Assembly (NCBI RefSeq): GCF_004010195.1
Contig: NC_057718.1
Location: 17,104,770-17,168,769 of the forward strand
Source: Chiloscyllium plagiosum
Lineage: Eukaryota
Length of the DNA: 64,000 nucleotides
Direction of reading: 5' to 3'
Numbering within the stretch: the first letter of the stretch is position 1; every line of letters begins with the position of its first letter. Below, in pieces: positions 40,194 to 51,422 of the stretch. The translations under genes and the position numbers were made by a program. The notes under the pieces are model-generated. The model did no database searches. It had not been told where the DNA came from and was given only the letters and a program-made list of their open reading frames with translations.

Positions 40194-42928
40194 TACTGGA
40201 GAACTGACTCGAGAGGAAGATCTGCTGGTTCTCTCTCAGTCAGGTATGTAGTCCCCAGATAATGAAATATACAGAAGTGCCAGTAGGAACATGTCATCAC
40301 AGCATTTCCAAGGTTTGCCAACTCATAATCTTGGCCTGGAAATCCTGGTGGACCCCTTGTTAACCAGTTAGTATCATGTGGAAAATCCTTCCCTTCAGGT
40401 GCACCTTCTTCCATGCTGTGGATAATGAAAAGACAGATGCTAATGCCATCTCCCACCATTGGAAGCTGTTAGCTGTCAGTCAGAGTCCTGCCTGAATTTA
40501 TTAACATTATGTCAGACTCCTGCCCAACAGAGGCTTTTGGTAAAACCTCCTATTTGGATGTGGAATTGCCCAGATTCTTGATTCAAATTTGTAATCAAAA
40601 GCCAGATCTTCACTGGGATTCATTGACATTGATTTAGGAAGAGAAAACATTATCTTGATCTATTTGGTGGGAGTGCTGTTCTTCCATCTTCCGATGGTTG
40701 AAGACATTAAATAACACACTGGCATTCCATCTCTCCAGACAGTTTAGTTTTCTTTTCTGTAGTGAAGTCAGTTTACTGATTTATTGTTGCATTCAGCTGA
40801 TGATTAGTCTTCCATGAAACATGGGGCTACACTTAATTGGACACGTTATGTTCTCAGAGTGCAGAGCCTGTTGTCAGTTATCTGTCATTGAAAATTTATG
40901 ACACTCACAGACAAACTGCCGAAGTGTGATAAGCACCTTCAGGATATCAACAGGAGCATTATATTCAAGCCTGGTCTGCCATTTCATCAGACCTCGTCTA
41001 ATCCTCAACCTCAACTCCACTTTCCCAATTGATCATAATCTCTCCAATTCCTTTAGAGTCCAAAACTCTATTGGTCTCAACTGGAAAATACTCAATGACT
41101 GGACTATCAATAATGGTCTGTGGTAGAAAATTTCAAATGTTCACAAACCTCTCAGTGGAGACATTTCTCATTTCAGACTGAAATGACAATGCCATGCTCC
41201 ATCTCGTGCTAGATTTTCAACTAGGGAAAATTCAGGAATGGATTTTAACTCTGGAGATGTGCTGTTGGATGGGAAGGTATCAGGAGGGGGAGAATGGTGT
41301 CTTCCTTTTGCCATGGGAATTTACTTATGGTGGGAATCTCGACGGTGTGGCTGTCTCCCGATGAACAGCCAGCTCCTACCCCCAGCATTTCACGAGGCAA
41401 AGTGGTTGCCCTCAGATTGAGAGACCACCATTGCACCACATGACAATGCAGCACTCACCCCACTCCCCAACGAAACACCAGGCCTGGCTTGAATAATTTC
41501 TCCTCGATAGCACTTCAACATTGAAGCACTTCCTCCTCCTCCCTGAATCCATAGCAGTGGCCACCTCAATGGATGACACTACAAGCAGTTGGCTCTCCGA
41601 TCGATAGAATTTCTTACCTCTCTGGGAAATCCATTTCTGAGGCTCGGCATCCATTCTAGCAAGCTTTCTCTCGACCATACATACTTCAATAAGATCACCA
41701 TTCTAAGCTCCAGAGAAGATCTAAGCTCTAAACTCTTCTAAGCTCTCGAGATTCTAGGCCCAATTTACTTAGCCACTCACCCCAGGGCATCCCTCTCACC
41801 CCTGGAACGGACATAGTGAATATACATTGCAACCCAACTAAGACAGGTATACTTTTCCTTATATACAGATTCCAGAATTGTGCACAGTATTCCTGGTGAG
41901 GGGTACTCGAAGTCTACTGAAATTGAAACAAGACTTTCTTAATCCCATATTCCCTTGAAGTAAAAGAAGTTGAATACTGCAGATGCTGTAAATCTGAAAT
42001 AGAAACAGGAAATGCTGTAGGTTGACCTATAATACTGTGAGGGAAGAATTCCAGGATTTTGACCCATCATCAGTGAAGGAACAATGATATATTTCCAAGT
42101 CAGGATAGGGAGTAGTTTGGAGGGGAACTTGAAGTGGTAGAGTTCCCATGTATCTGCTGCCCTTGTCCTTCTAAATGGAAGTGGTCGTGGGTTTGGAAGA
42201 TGCTGTCTGAGGACTTTTAGTGAATTTCTGCAGCATGTTTTGTAGATAATACACACTGCTGCTACTGAGTGGTGGAGAGAGTGGTTGTTTGCAAATATGG
42301 TGCCAATTAAGTGGGCTGCTTTGCACTGGATGGTGGCAAACTTCTTGAGTGTTGTTGGGGCTGCACTCATTCAGGCAAGTGGGGGGATTCCATCACACTC
42401 CTGACTTGTGCCTTATAGATGGTGGACAGACTTTCAGGAGTCAAGAGGTGAGTTACCCGCTGCAGTATTCCTAGCTTCTGACCTGCTCTTATAGCCATTG
42501 TATTAATGTGGTGAATCCAGTTGAGTTTCTGGTCAATGGTAACTCCCAGGATGTTGATAGTGAGAGACTCAGTGATGGTAACACCACTGAATGCCAATGT
42601 CCAGATCTTGTTGCATTTGAACATGGACTGCTTCAGTCGCGAATGGTGTTGAACATTGTGCAATCATCAGCAAATATCCCCATTCTTGACCTTATGATGG
42701 AGGGAAGGTCATTGATGAAGCAGCTGAAGATGATTGGGCCTATAGGACACTACCCTGAAAGACTCTTGCAGAGATGTCCTGGAGCTGAGATGACTAACCT
42801 CCAACAACCATGACTATCTTCCTGTTTGTCAGGTATGACTCTTACCACCGAAGAGTTTTCCCCTGATACCCACTAATTCCAGTTTTGCTAGGGCTCTGTA
42901 ATGCCACATTCAATCCAATGCAGCCTTG

Positions 42929-43240
42929 TGGGCGGCACGGTGGCACAGTGGTTAGCACTGCTGCCTCACAGCGCCAGAGACCCGGGTTCAATTCCCGCCT
43001 CAGGCGACTCTCTGTGTGGAGTTTGCACGTTCTCCCCGTGTCTGTGTGGGTTTCCTCCGGGTGCTCCGGTTTCCTCCCACTGTCACAAAGATGTGCAGGT
43101 TAGGTGAATTGGCCATGCTAAATTGCCCGTAGTGTTAGGTTAAGGGTAAATGTATGGGTATGGGTGGGTTGCGCTTCAGCGGATCGGTGTGGACTTGTTG
43201 GGCTGAAGGGCCTGTTTCCATACTGTAATCTAATCTAATC
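42929..43240 (+). mobile_element. HE1 SINE, young and full length
   Basis: gggcggcacggtggcacagtggttagcac...gggttcaattccc...(TAATC)3. Confidence 0.93.
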
Positions 43241-43832
43241 TGATGTCAAGGGATGTCACTTTCATCTCACCTCTGGAATTCAGCTCTTTTGTCCATGTTT
43301 GAACCAAGGCTGTAATGAGGTCAGGAGCTGAATGGCCCTGACGGAACCCAAATTGGGCTCAGGTTATTGCTGAGCAGGTGCTGCTTGATAACACTGTGGA
43401 TGACACACTTCCATCAGAGTAGACTGTTGGGCGGTAATTGGCTGGGTTGGATTTGTCCTGCTTTTTATGTACAGGGCATACTTGGGCAATTTTCCACATT
43501 GTCAGGTATATGCCAGTATTTTAACTATACTGGAACAGCGTGGCCAGGGGAGCGGCAAGTTCTGGAGCACAAGCCTTCAGTACTATTGCCAGAATGTTGT
43601 GAGGGTCTGTCACCTTGGCAGTATCCAGTGTCTCTGACTGTTTTTTGATATCACATGGGGTGAATCAAATTGGCTGAAGACTGGTATTGCTGGGGACCAC
43701 TAGAGGATCATTCACTCAGCATTTCTGGCTGAAGGTAGCTGCTAAAGCTTCAGCCTTATCTTTTGCACTGTGCTGGACTCTTTCATCATTGAGGATGGGA
43801 ATATTTGTGGAGTCTCCTCCTCCAGTGAGTTT

Positions 43833-44075
43833 TTAGATCAGATTCCCTATAGTATGGAAACAGGCCCTTCGGTTCAACAATTCCACACTGACCTACTCAG
43901 ACCCATTCCCCCACCCTATATTTAACCCCTGACTAATGCACCCAACACTATGGGCAATTTAGCATAGCCAATCCACCTTATCTGCACTTGGCTTGTGGGA
44001 GGAAACCGATGCAGACATGGGGAGAATGTGCAAACTCCACACCAACAGTCACCTGAAGCTGGAATCGAACCCGGG
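43833..44075 (-). mobile_element. HE1 SINE, partial
   Basis: Reverse-complement HE1 motifs. Confidence 0.8.
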
Positions 44076-45609
44076 TGTTGTTTAGCCATCCTGCACCATT
44101 CATGACTGGATATAGGAGGACTGCAGAGCTTAGATCTAATCCATTGGTTGTGGGATCACTTAGCTCTGTCTATCACTTGCTGCTTATGCTGTTTGGCATA
44201 CAAGCAATCCTGTTTGTGGCATCATCTGGTTGACATCTTCAGGTATGCCTGGAGCTGCTCCTGGCATGTCCTCCTGAACTCTCCATTAAACCAGGATTGA
44301 CCCCCTGGGTTAATGGAAATGATTGAGTGGGGGATATGCCAGGCCATGAAGTACAATTCTGCTGCTGTTGATGACCCACAGTGCCTCATGGATGCCCAGT
44401 CTGATAAGCTGCTGTCTGAAGTCTGTCCCATTTAGCATGGTGATGATGCCACACAACACGATGGAGGTTATTCTCAATGTGAAGGTGGGACTTCATCTCC
44501 ACAAGACTGTATGGTGGTCACTTTTGCAAATACTTTCATGGACAGATGCATCTGCAATTGGCAGATTGATAAGGATTACATTAAGTATGTTTTTCCCTCT
44601 TGTTGATTTCCTCACCACCTGCCACAGACGCAGTCTAGCAACCATGTCCTTTAGAACCCGACCAACTTTATCTGTTGTACTGCTGCTGAACCAATCTTGA
44701 TGGTGGACATTGAAATTCCCCACCCAGGGTGCGATTTGTGACCTTGCCATCCTCAGTGCTTCCTCTAAATGTTGTTCAACATGGAGGAGTACCGATTCTT
44801 CGGCTGTGGGAGGATGGTACATGGATTCCTTGCCCAGGTTTGACCTGAAGCCATGAGATTTTGTGGCGTCTGGAGTCAATGTTGAGGACTGCCAGAGCAA
44901 CTCCCTCTCGACTGTGTACCACAGTGCTGCCACCTCTGCCGGGTGTGTCCTGCCAATGGGACAGGACATACCCAGAGATGGTGATGGTGGTGTCTGGGAC
45001 ATTGTCAGTAAGGTATAATTTTGTGAGTATGACTAAGTCAGGTTTTTGCTGGATTATTCTATGGGACACCTCTCCCAATTTTAGCACTAGCCCCCCTGAT
45101 GTTAGTAAGGAGGACCCTGCAGGGCAAACAGGGCTGTTTTTGCCGTGGGCTTTTCCGGTGCTCAGGTTGATGCCAGGTGATCCACCTGGTTTCATTTCTT
45201 TGAGACTTTGTAGCGATTGGTACAACTGAATGGTTTGCTAGGCCATTTCAGAGGGCAGTTGAGAGTCAACTACATTGCTGTGGGGCTGGAGTCACACACG
45301 TAGGCTAGACCAGGTAAGGATGGCAGATTTCCTTACCTGAAGGACATTAGTGAACCAGATGAGTTTTTCTGACAATCAGCAATGATTTCATGATCAGCAT
45401 TAGATTCTTAATTCCAGATTTTTTTTAAATTAAATTCAAATTTTACCATCTGCCTTGGCTGGAGTACAAACCTGGGGCCTCAGAACATGAGCTGGGTTTC
45501 TGTATTAATAGTCTAGTGATAATACCACTAGGCCATCACCTACCCTTACCAACATGTAACAACTTCGCAACATTTTCAGAAGTGATGGGTGTGAGTTGTA
45601 AACTCATTT

Positions 45610-46077
45610 AGGCAAAAGTGAGGACTGCAGATGCTGGAAATTGGAGTCTGGATTTTAGAGTGGTGCTGGAAAAACACAGCAGGTCAGGCAGCATCCGAGG
45701 AGCAGGAAAATCGATGTTTCGGGCAAAAGCCCATCATCATGAATGTTCAGTACATGGTTGAAGAGCTTCAGGGCAGAGGAGATAACCTGGGAGTGCAGTG
45801 AGAGAGAGAGAGAGAGACTCACTGAGATTCTTGTACAGAGAGGAGGAGAGCTTCTTCAAGGTAGGCATCCTTGCAAGAGGATTCGCAGTCGGGTTAAAAT
45901 CAACGAGGCAAAAGTGAGGACTGCAGATGCTGGAAATCAGAGTCTAGATTAGAGTGGTGCTGGAAAAGCACAGCAGGTCAGGCAGCATCCGATGAGCAGG
46001 AAAATCCCTTCATCAGGAATCATTGGATGCTGCCTGACCTGCTGTGCTTTTCCAGCACCACTCTAATCTAGCCTCTA
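45610..46077 (-). mobile_element. Partial-tandem Penelope-like insertion
   Basis: 14-bp TSD ttgtaaactcattt (45596-45609 / 46078-46091). Two direct terminal repeats and a short inverted arm. Confidence 0.82.
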
Positions 46078-46559
46078 TTGTAAACTCATTTGCCCGGGTC
46101 AGTGTAGTTTTAAGGCTTTTTGAGGTTTTTTTTGCCACGAGGCATAGCAGTTTCCCTCAGTGCATCTCATCAAATACACCCAGAGTGTAGTGCCAGAAAG
46201 GTGCTATGATGATCCTGAGAATTTGGCAGCAATCAGCTGCTCATGTCTATGGATGAGGTGTGCATGTGGCTGTCACTATGGATCATGCTCTGGGCTGCAG
46301 GTTGGTTGTAGGCAGCATGAGGCTGTTTAGAGCAAATAGCAAACTGAATCTGCCAATGAGCCACTTTGGTTTCCATATCGAGTCTTCTCAGCATCTAACT
46401 CATTTGGCAAGTTTAGTAAGATAGAAACTTCAGATTTAGTAAGACAAGTTGTGACATCAACCAGGTGTTTAACAAATTCAGGATTTAAGCCAAAACTGGG
46501 AGTGCTGCCCCACGGTCAAATTAAACAACAGCCTGATCTTGTGTGTACAGTATCATCCC

Positions 46560-47210
46560 ATGAATATGATTATGTCCCAGATATCCTTTCTCAACCATTA
46601 CCATCTTTTCACAACCTTTTCACTTTCAGCTTGAAACTGTCAGCAAACTCCGATACATTACAAACTTTCTTTTCGTTATTGTAGATTATAAATAGCTGAT
46701 CACCCAGCACTGATATTTATGAAAACTGATTATGAGCTGTCTACAATCAAAGCAAAAAAGTCTGTTTATTCCCACTTTCTGTTTTGTATCCTTTTTACAA
46801 TGCTCTATTCATTCTGTTTTTAACTGCCTTCTGCATGAACACTCTATATTGTCCTACGACTTTTGTTATGCCACCTTCCACCTTTCCAAGTAATTTTTGA
46901 AAATGCAAAGAAGCTACTGGTTTCCCTGAAAGCATCTTGCTAGTTATATCCTCCAAAATCTTTAATGTATTAATAACACATGATTGTTCTTTCAGAAAAC
47001 CATGTTGACTCTGCCTGATAATTTATGATTTCCTAAGTTGCTTATAACCACATCCTTAATAATAAATTCCAACATTTTCTCAAAGACTGATGACAGCCTT
47101 ACTGGCCTGTAGTGACCTGTTTCCTCTCTAGCACTCTTTCTTCAGTAGTGGAGATGCATTTAGTAACTTCTAATCCATTGGGAAGGTTCTGGAATTTAAA
47201 GAATTTTGGA
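46560..47210 (-). mobile_element. CR1 RT fragment, degraded
   Basis: 'aaaccatgttgactctgcctgat' and 'cttactggcctgtagt' are reverse complements of the SQHGF and YRPVSL coding regions. Confidence 0.7.
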
Positions 47211-47261
47211 AAAGACATGTTGAAAATGTTCATGTGTCTTTGCACATCTTGCATGTCTTAA

Positions 47262-48275
47262 TCATAGAATCCCTACAGTGTGGAAACAGGCCCTTCAGCC
47301 CAGCAAGTCCACACCGACCCTCCAAAGAGTAACCCACCCAGACCCATTCCCCTATATTTACCCCTGACTAATGCAGGAGAAAGTGAGGACTGCAGATGCT
47401 GGAGACCAGAGTTGAAAACTGTGGTGCTGGAAAAACGCAGCAGGTCAGGCAGCATCCGAGGAGCAGGAGAATCGACGTTTCGGGCATAAGTCCTTCTTTA
47501 GGAATGAGGCTGGTGTGCCAAGCGTGCTGAGATAAAAAGTAGGGGGGAGGGAATTTGGGGGAGGGGTGCTGGGAATACAATAGGTGGAAGGAGGTGNNNN
47601 NNNNNNNNNNNNNNNNNNNNNNNNNNNNNNNNNNNNNNNNNNNNNNNNNNNNNNNNNNNNNNNNNNNNNNNNNNNNNNNNNNNNNNNNNNNNNNNNNNNN
47701 NNNNNNNNNNNNNNNNNNNNNNNNNNNNNNNNNNNNNNNNNNNNNNNNNNNNNNNNNNNNNNNNNNNNNNNNNNNNNNNNNNNNNNNNNNNNNNNNNNNN
47801 NNNNNNNNNNNNNNNNNNNNNNNNNNNNNNNNNNNNNNNNNNNNNNNNNNNNNNNNNNNNNNNNNNNNNNNNNNNNNNNNNNNNNNNNNNNNNNNNNNNN
47901 NNCTCCCCCCTACTTTTTATCTCAGCCCGCTTGGCACACCAGCCTCATTCCTGAAGAAGGGCTTATGCCCAAAACGTCGATTCTCCTGCTCCTCGGATGC
48001 TGCCTGGCCTGCTGTGTTTTTCCAGCACCACATTTTTCAACTCTGACTAATACAGTTAACCTACACATCCCTGAACACTATGGGCAACTTAGCATGGCCA
48101 ATTCACCTAACCTGCATATCTTTGGACTGTGGGAGGAAAGTGGAACACCCGGAGAAAATGCATGCATACACAGGGAGAACGTGCAAACTCCACACAGACA
48201 GTCGCCCAAGGCTGGGATTAAACCCAGGTCTCTGGCGCTGTGAGGCAGCAGTGCTAACCACTGAGCCACCATGCT
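47262..48275 (-). mobile_element. HE1 SINE split by a palindromic PLE insertion (47377-48042)
   Basis: HE1 tail at 47262-47375, head at 48043-48275. TSD ctgactaat(g/a)cag. Confidence 0.85.
47597..47902. other. Assembly gap (306 N)
   Basis: Run of n. Confidence 1.
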
Positions 48276-48581
48276 ACCTGTATCAACAAGTTAATGTACC
48301 TCCAAAGTATAGATAAGATGTCTACTTGCTAACTTGTAATCTAATTTGAGGACATTTTTCAGTTACTCTTTGTGGAGAAGTGGCCTAATTATGCCCTCGC
48401 ATCCATTAAACATAGGAGCAGAATAGGCCATTCAGCCCATCAAATCTGCTCCACCATTCAATGAGATTATGGCTGATCTGATAATCTTCAACTCCACTTT
48501 TCCTACCTTTCCCCATAATCCTTGACTCCCATACACATTTAAAAATGCCCACCTTCTGCCCTGAATGTATTTATCACCCAG

Positions 48582-48718
48582 GCAAAAGTGAAGACTGCAG
48601 ATGCTTGAAACCAGAGTTTAGATCAGAGTGGTGGCTTTTGCCCGAAACATCGATTTTCCTGCTCCTCAGATGCCGCCTGACCTGCTGTGCTTTTCCAGCA
48701 CCACTCTGATCTAAACTC
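48582..48718. mobile_element. Short PLE inverted-repeat insertion in an antisense CR1 tail (~48410-48840)
   Basis: 16-bp TSD tgtattta(t/c)cacccag (48566-48581 / 48719-48734). Confidence 0.8.
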
Positions 48719-49195
48719 TGTATTTACCACCCAGCCTTAACAGCCCCCTACAATAAAGAATTCAACAGATTCACAACCCGCTCAGTGAAGAAGTTCCTCT
48801 CCATCTTGGTCTTAAATGGGTGACCCCTTATTCTGAGATTTAATGTTCTGCTGTTGGAAGTTCTTTCAGTTCAGTATCTGCATTCTCTGATCAAACTCAT
48901 CACAATTGAGGTCAACTTCACTGTGCTTAAGAAAAACGTAAGTACTTTAGGATGTCCCAAGCTAGTGAAAGGTGCTATATGAATGCAGCTCCTTTTCTTT
49001 CTGTAAAAATAGCTTTGGTTGTGAATTGTGATGTCCTATTATTTGAAAAACCCACTGGAAATGAAGCCCAGATTGTACCCGACCCCCTCGCCTGCTTTGT
49101 GGCTGTAATTTTGGCCCAAAATACTGGATGTGGCCCAGATTGTTGGATTGGTGAATGGGATAATTAACGGAGACATCTCTTGTGCTGCCTTTCAG

Positions 49196-49431
49196 GTACC
49201 TCTGACTGGGTTGGGGACAACTTTGTGAAAAACACGGGAGTGAGCCTGGTCATTGAACACAAACAGAGCAGGAGGAGACTGAGAAAGGCCACAGTTCTCG
49301 AGGAGTTAAAGGCTGTGTTCGAGAGAGACTGGAACTCCAAATATGCCCAAAATTTGGAAATAAATATCTTTCCGGAATGCTTGGAACTTCAAACCTATCG
49401 GCGCAAACCATCTTCATTTAATCTGGGGTGA
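49196..49431 (+). CDS. PLD5: PLD5-like terminal coding exon E (236 coding nt including TGA)
   Basis: Acceptor gcctttcag|GT, in phase with exon D. Encodes (S)TSDWVGDNFVKNTGVSLVIEHKQ...VLEELKAVFERDWNSKYAQNL...FNLG*, with the family 'L..vFeRDW.S.ya' C-terminal motif. Confidence 0.92.
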
Positions 49432-49639
49432 ATCAATACCATTGTTTTGAGATATGCGAGCGAAGGGAGAAAGAACGTGATCAGATGTACTGGAAGTTTT
49501 CACTTTGGGTTTGAATTAAAGGTAGCCATCTTACCATGTCCAAATTTATCCAAAAAACAAGCCAAATGTTCAGTTGATAGCAATCTTTCAATGGTTTTAT
49601 GCTCGCCAAGTATCCACTCCATCCTTGTCCTATGATTTT

Positions 49640-49985
49640 TTTTTTACTCATTCATGGGATGAGGGTGTTGTTGGCTAAGCAGCATTTATTGCCCATCCTA
49701 ATTATTGAGAGGGCAGGTAAGAGTCAACCACGTCGCTGCGGCTCTGGAGTCACATGTAAGCCAGACCAGGTAAAGTTGGCAGTTTCCCTTCTCTAAAAGG
49801 CAGTAGTGAACCAAATGGGTCTTTTTTCCTAACGATGGATTCATGGTCATATTTAGACTTTTAATTCCAGATTTCTATCGAATTCAAATTCCACCATCTG
49901 CTGTGGCAGGATTTGAACCCTGGTCCCAAAACATTATTTTGATCCGTGGATTAACAGGGTCAGTGCCACTAATCCAACACCTCCA
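49640..49985 (-). mobile_element. Short tRNA-headed element sharing head and tail with the Zenon-like LINE
   Basis: Homologous to 45245-45545; box B gggttcaaatcc on minus. Other copies at ~2280-2500 and 28483-28760 (+), 5210-5410, 39140-39520 and 51540-51880 (-). Confidence 0.75.
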
Positions 49986-50430
49986 CTAGATAGCTGAAGA
50001 TAAGGTAGCTCACTTGTTGTCACAGGGAAGTCACTGCCTTATCATATAGCTAGAGAAGTAGCTACAAAGGTACCTATGTAATGGAATAGCCCAAATTAAA
50101 TGAGTTGAAATTTTACTGAGTGATGTTAGCAAAAGCTTGCCGATATTGATCCAGGATTCCTTTCTCAATTGCTACAACTACTCAAAGTGGATTGACGTTT
50201 ATATTACTAACTTTACACACCATGATTTCAACCCGAGCAAAGCCAAAGTGTAGGTCTCTACCTTCAATTTTGAAATGATTATTCGAGAATAGTCTCTGTG
50301 GATTTTCTTGGAGTTGAGGGTGAGGGTGGATTGGCAACTCAATCCCCGTGTTGTGTTAGCTGCTCAATATCATAACACACCAATTACCACTGGTTATCAT
50401 TTCAGTTATTATTTAAGTACATTCACCTCC

Positions 50431-50451
50431 AATAAACAAAAGCTGAATAAA
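50431..50451 (+). terminator. Candidate polyadenylation signals for the PLD5-like gene
   Basis: Two AATAAA hexamers (50431, 50446) about 1 kb after the stop codon, in non-repeat sequence. No transcript evidence. Confidence 0.25.
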
Positions 50452-51230
50452 GCTGCACTCCTATTTATTATCAGCATACAGCATGGATTATCGATCCATT
50501 TACTAAGGCAGGTACATTTAGAGCCCATAGCAATCTATAACATAGCTGTAAATTGCTATTAGATTGCTAATGAGTGTGTCAGTTCAGCCCAGTTGGCTGT
50601 GTTTTTGCCTGTAAGCTGCAGTGTACTGGGTTCGGGTCCCAATACAGTGTTTGAGAATAAAAATCAATGTTGACTCAATGCAGTACAAAGGGAGTGCTGC
50701 ATTGTTGGAGGGGCCATTTTTTGGATGGGACCTTAAACCTGCTCAGTTGTAAAAAGATCCCATTGCACTGCTTTAAGAAAAAACAGGTCTATCCACAGTC
50801 ACCTGGCCAATATTTACCCCTCAGTCAACATCACAGAAACACATTATCTGGTCATTATCGCATTTCTATCTGTGAGAGTTTACAGCGAGTACATTTGGCT
50901 ACCACATTGCCTAAATTACAACACTGCCTACACTTTAAAAACTATTTTATCGGCTATAAAGCACATACAGACAACCCAGTGGTTGTGAAAGCACCCCGTT
51001 AATTTGCGTTATTCTGTTTGTTATCAGTATGGCTAGTGTAGAATCTTGGAAGGCTTTGAATGTTTTGTTATTGCACCTTGTTGGCACATTGTAGATGGGG
51101 CTTTTTCTATTGAGTCTAGTATTGGCCCTAAAACAACATGCACATTTACACTGTGTGGCCCTCAGCAGCCTGATTGCTGCCTGTGCTTCAGGATCTCCAC
51201 TGAAGGACCACTTGGCTGATTGGGGTCAAC

Positions 51231-51422
51231 AGAGGTGAAGAGTGTGGTGCTAGAAAAGCACAGCTGGTCAGGCAGCATCTGAGGAGCAGGTGAGTCGGCG
51301 TTTTAGGTATAAGCCCTTCATCACCTCTTCTGCTCCCCAGATGCTGCCTGACCAGCTGTACTTTTCCAGCACCACATCCTTTGACTCTGATCTCCAGCAT
51401 TTGCAGTCCTCACTTTCTCCTA
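51231..51422. mobile_element. PLE inverted-repeat element
   Basis: Inverted arms of the 'tgctggaaaagcacagc' family, flanked by gtcaaca repeats. Confidence 0.75.

Larger units (their letters stand above)
42020..45545 (-). mobile_element. CR1-group (Zenon-like) LINE with APE endonuclease, internally deleted RT and tRNA-like 5' head; two HE1 insertions
   Basis: QQKPDLVILT.LYL, GYVLSHWQD..GRGG, GNFNVHHQDW...TTDKVGR, STRGKNIL, SDHHTV, INILGVTIDQKLNW, IYKAQVRSVME. Confidence 0.88.

Noticed and set aside
47555..48243. 163-aa and 219-aa ORFs
   Set aside because: Artefacts of reading through the N gap.
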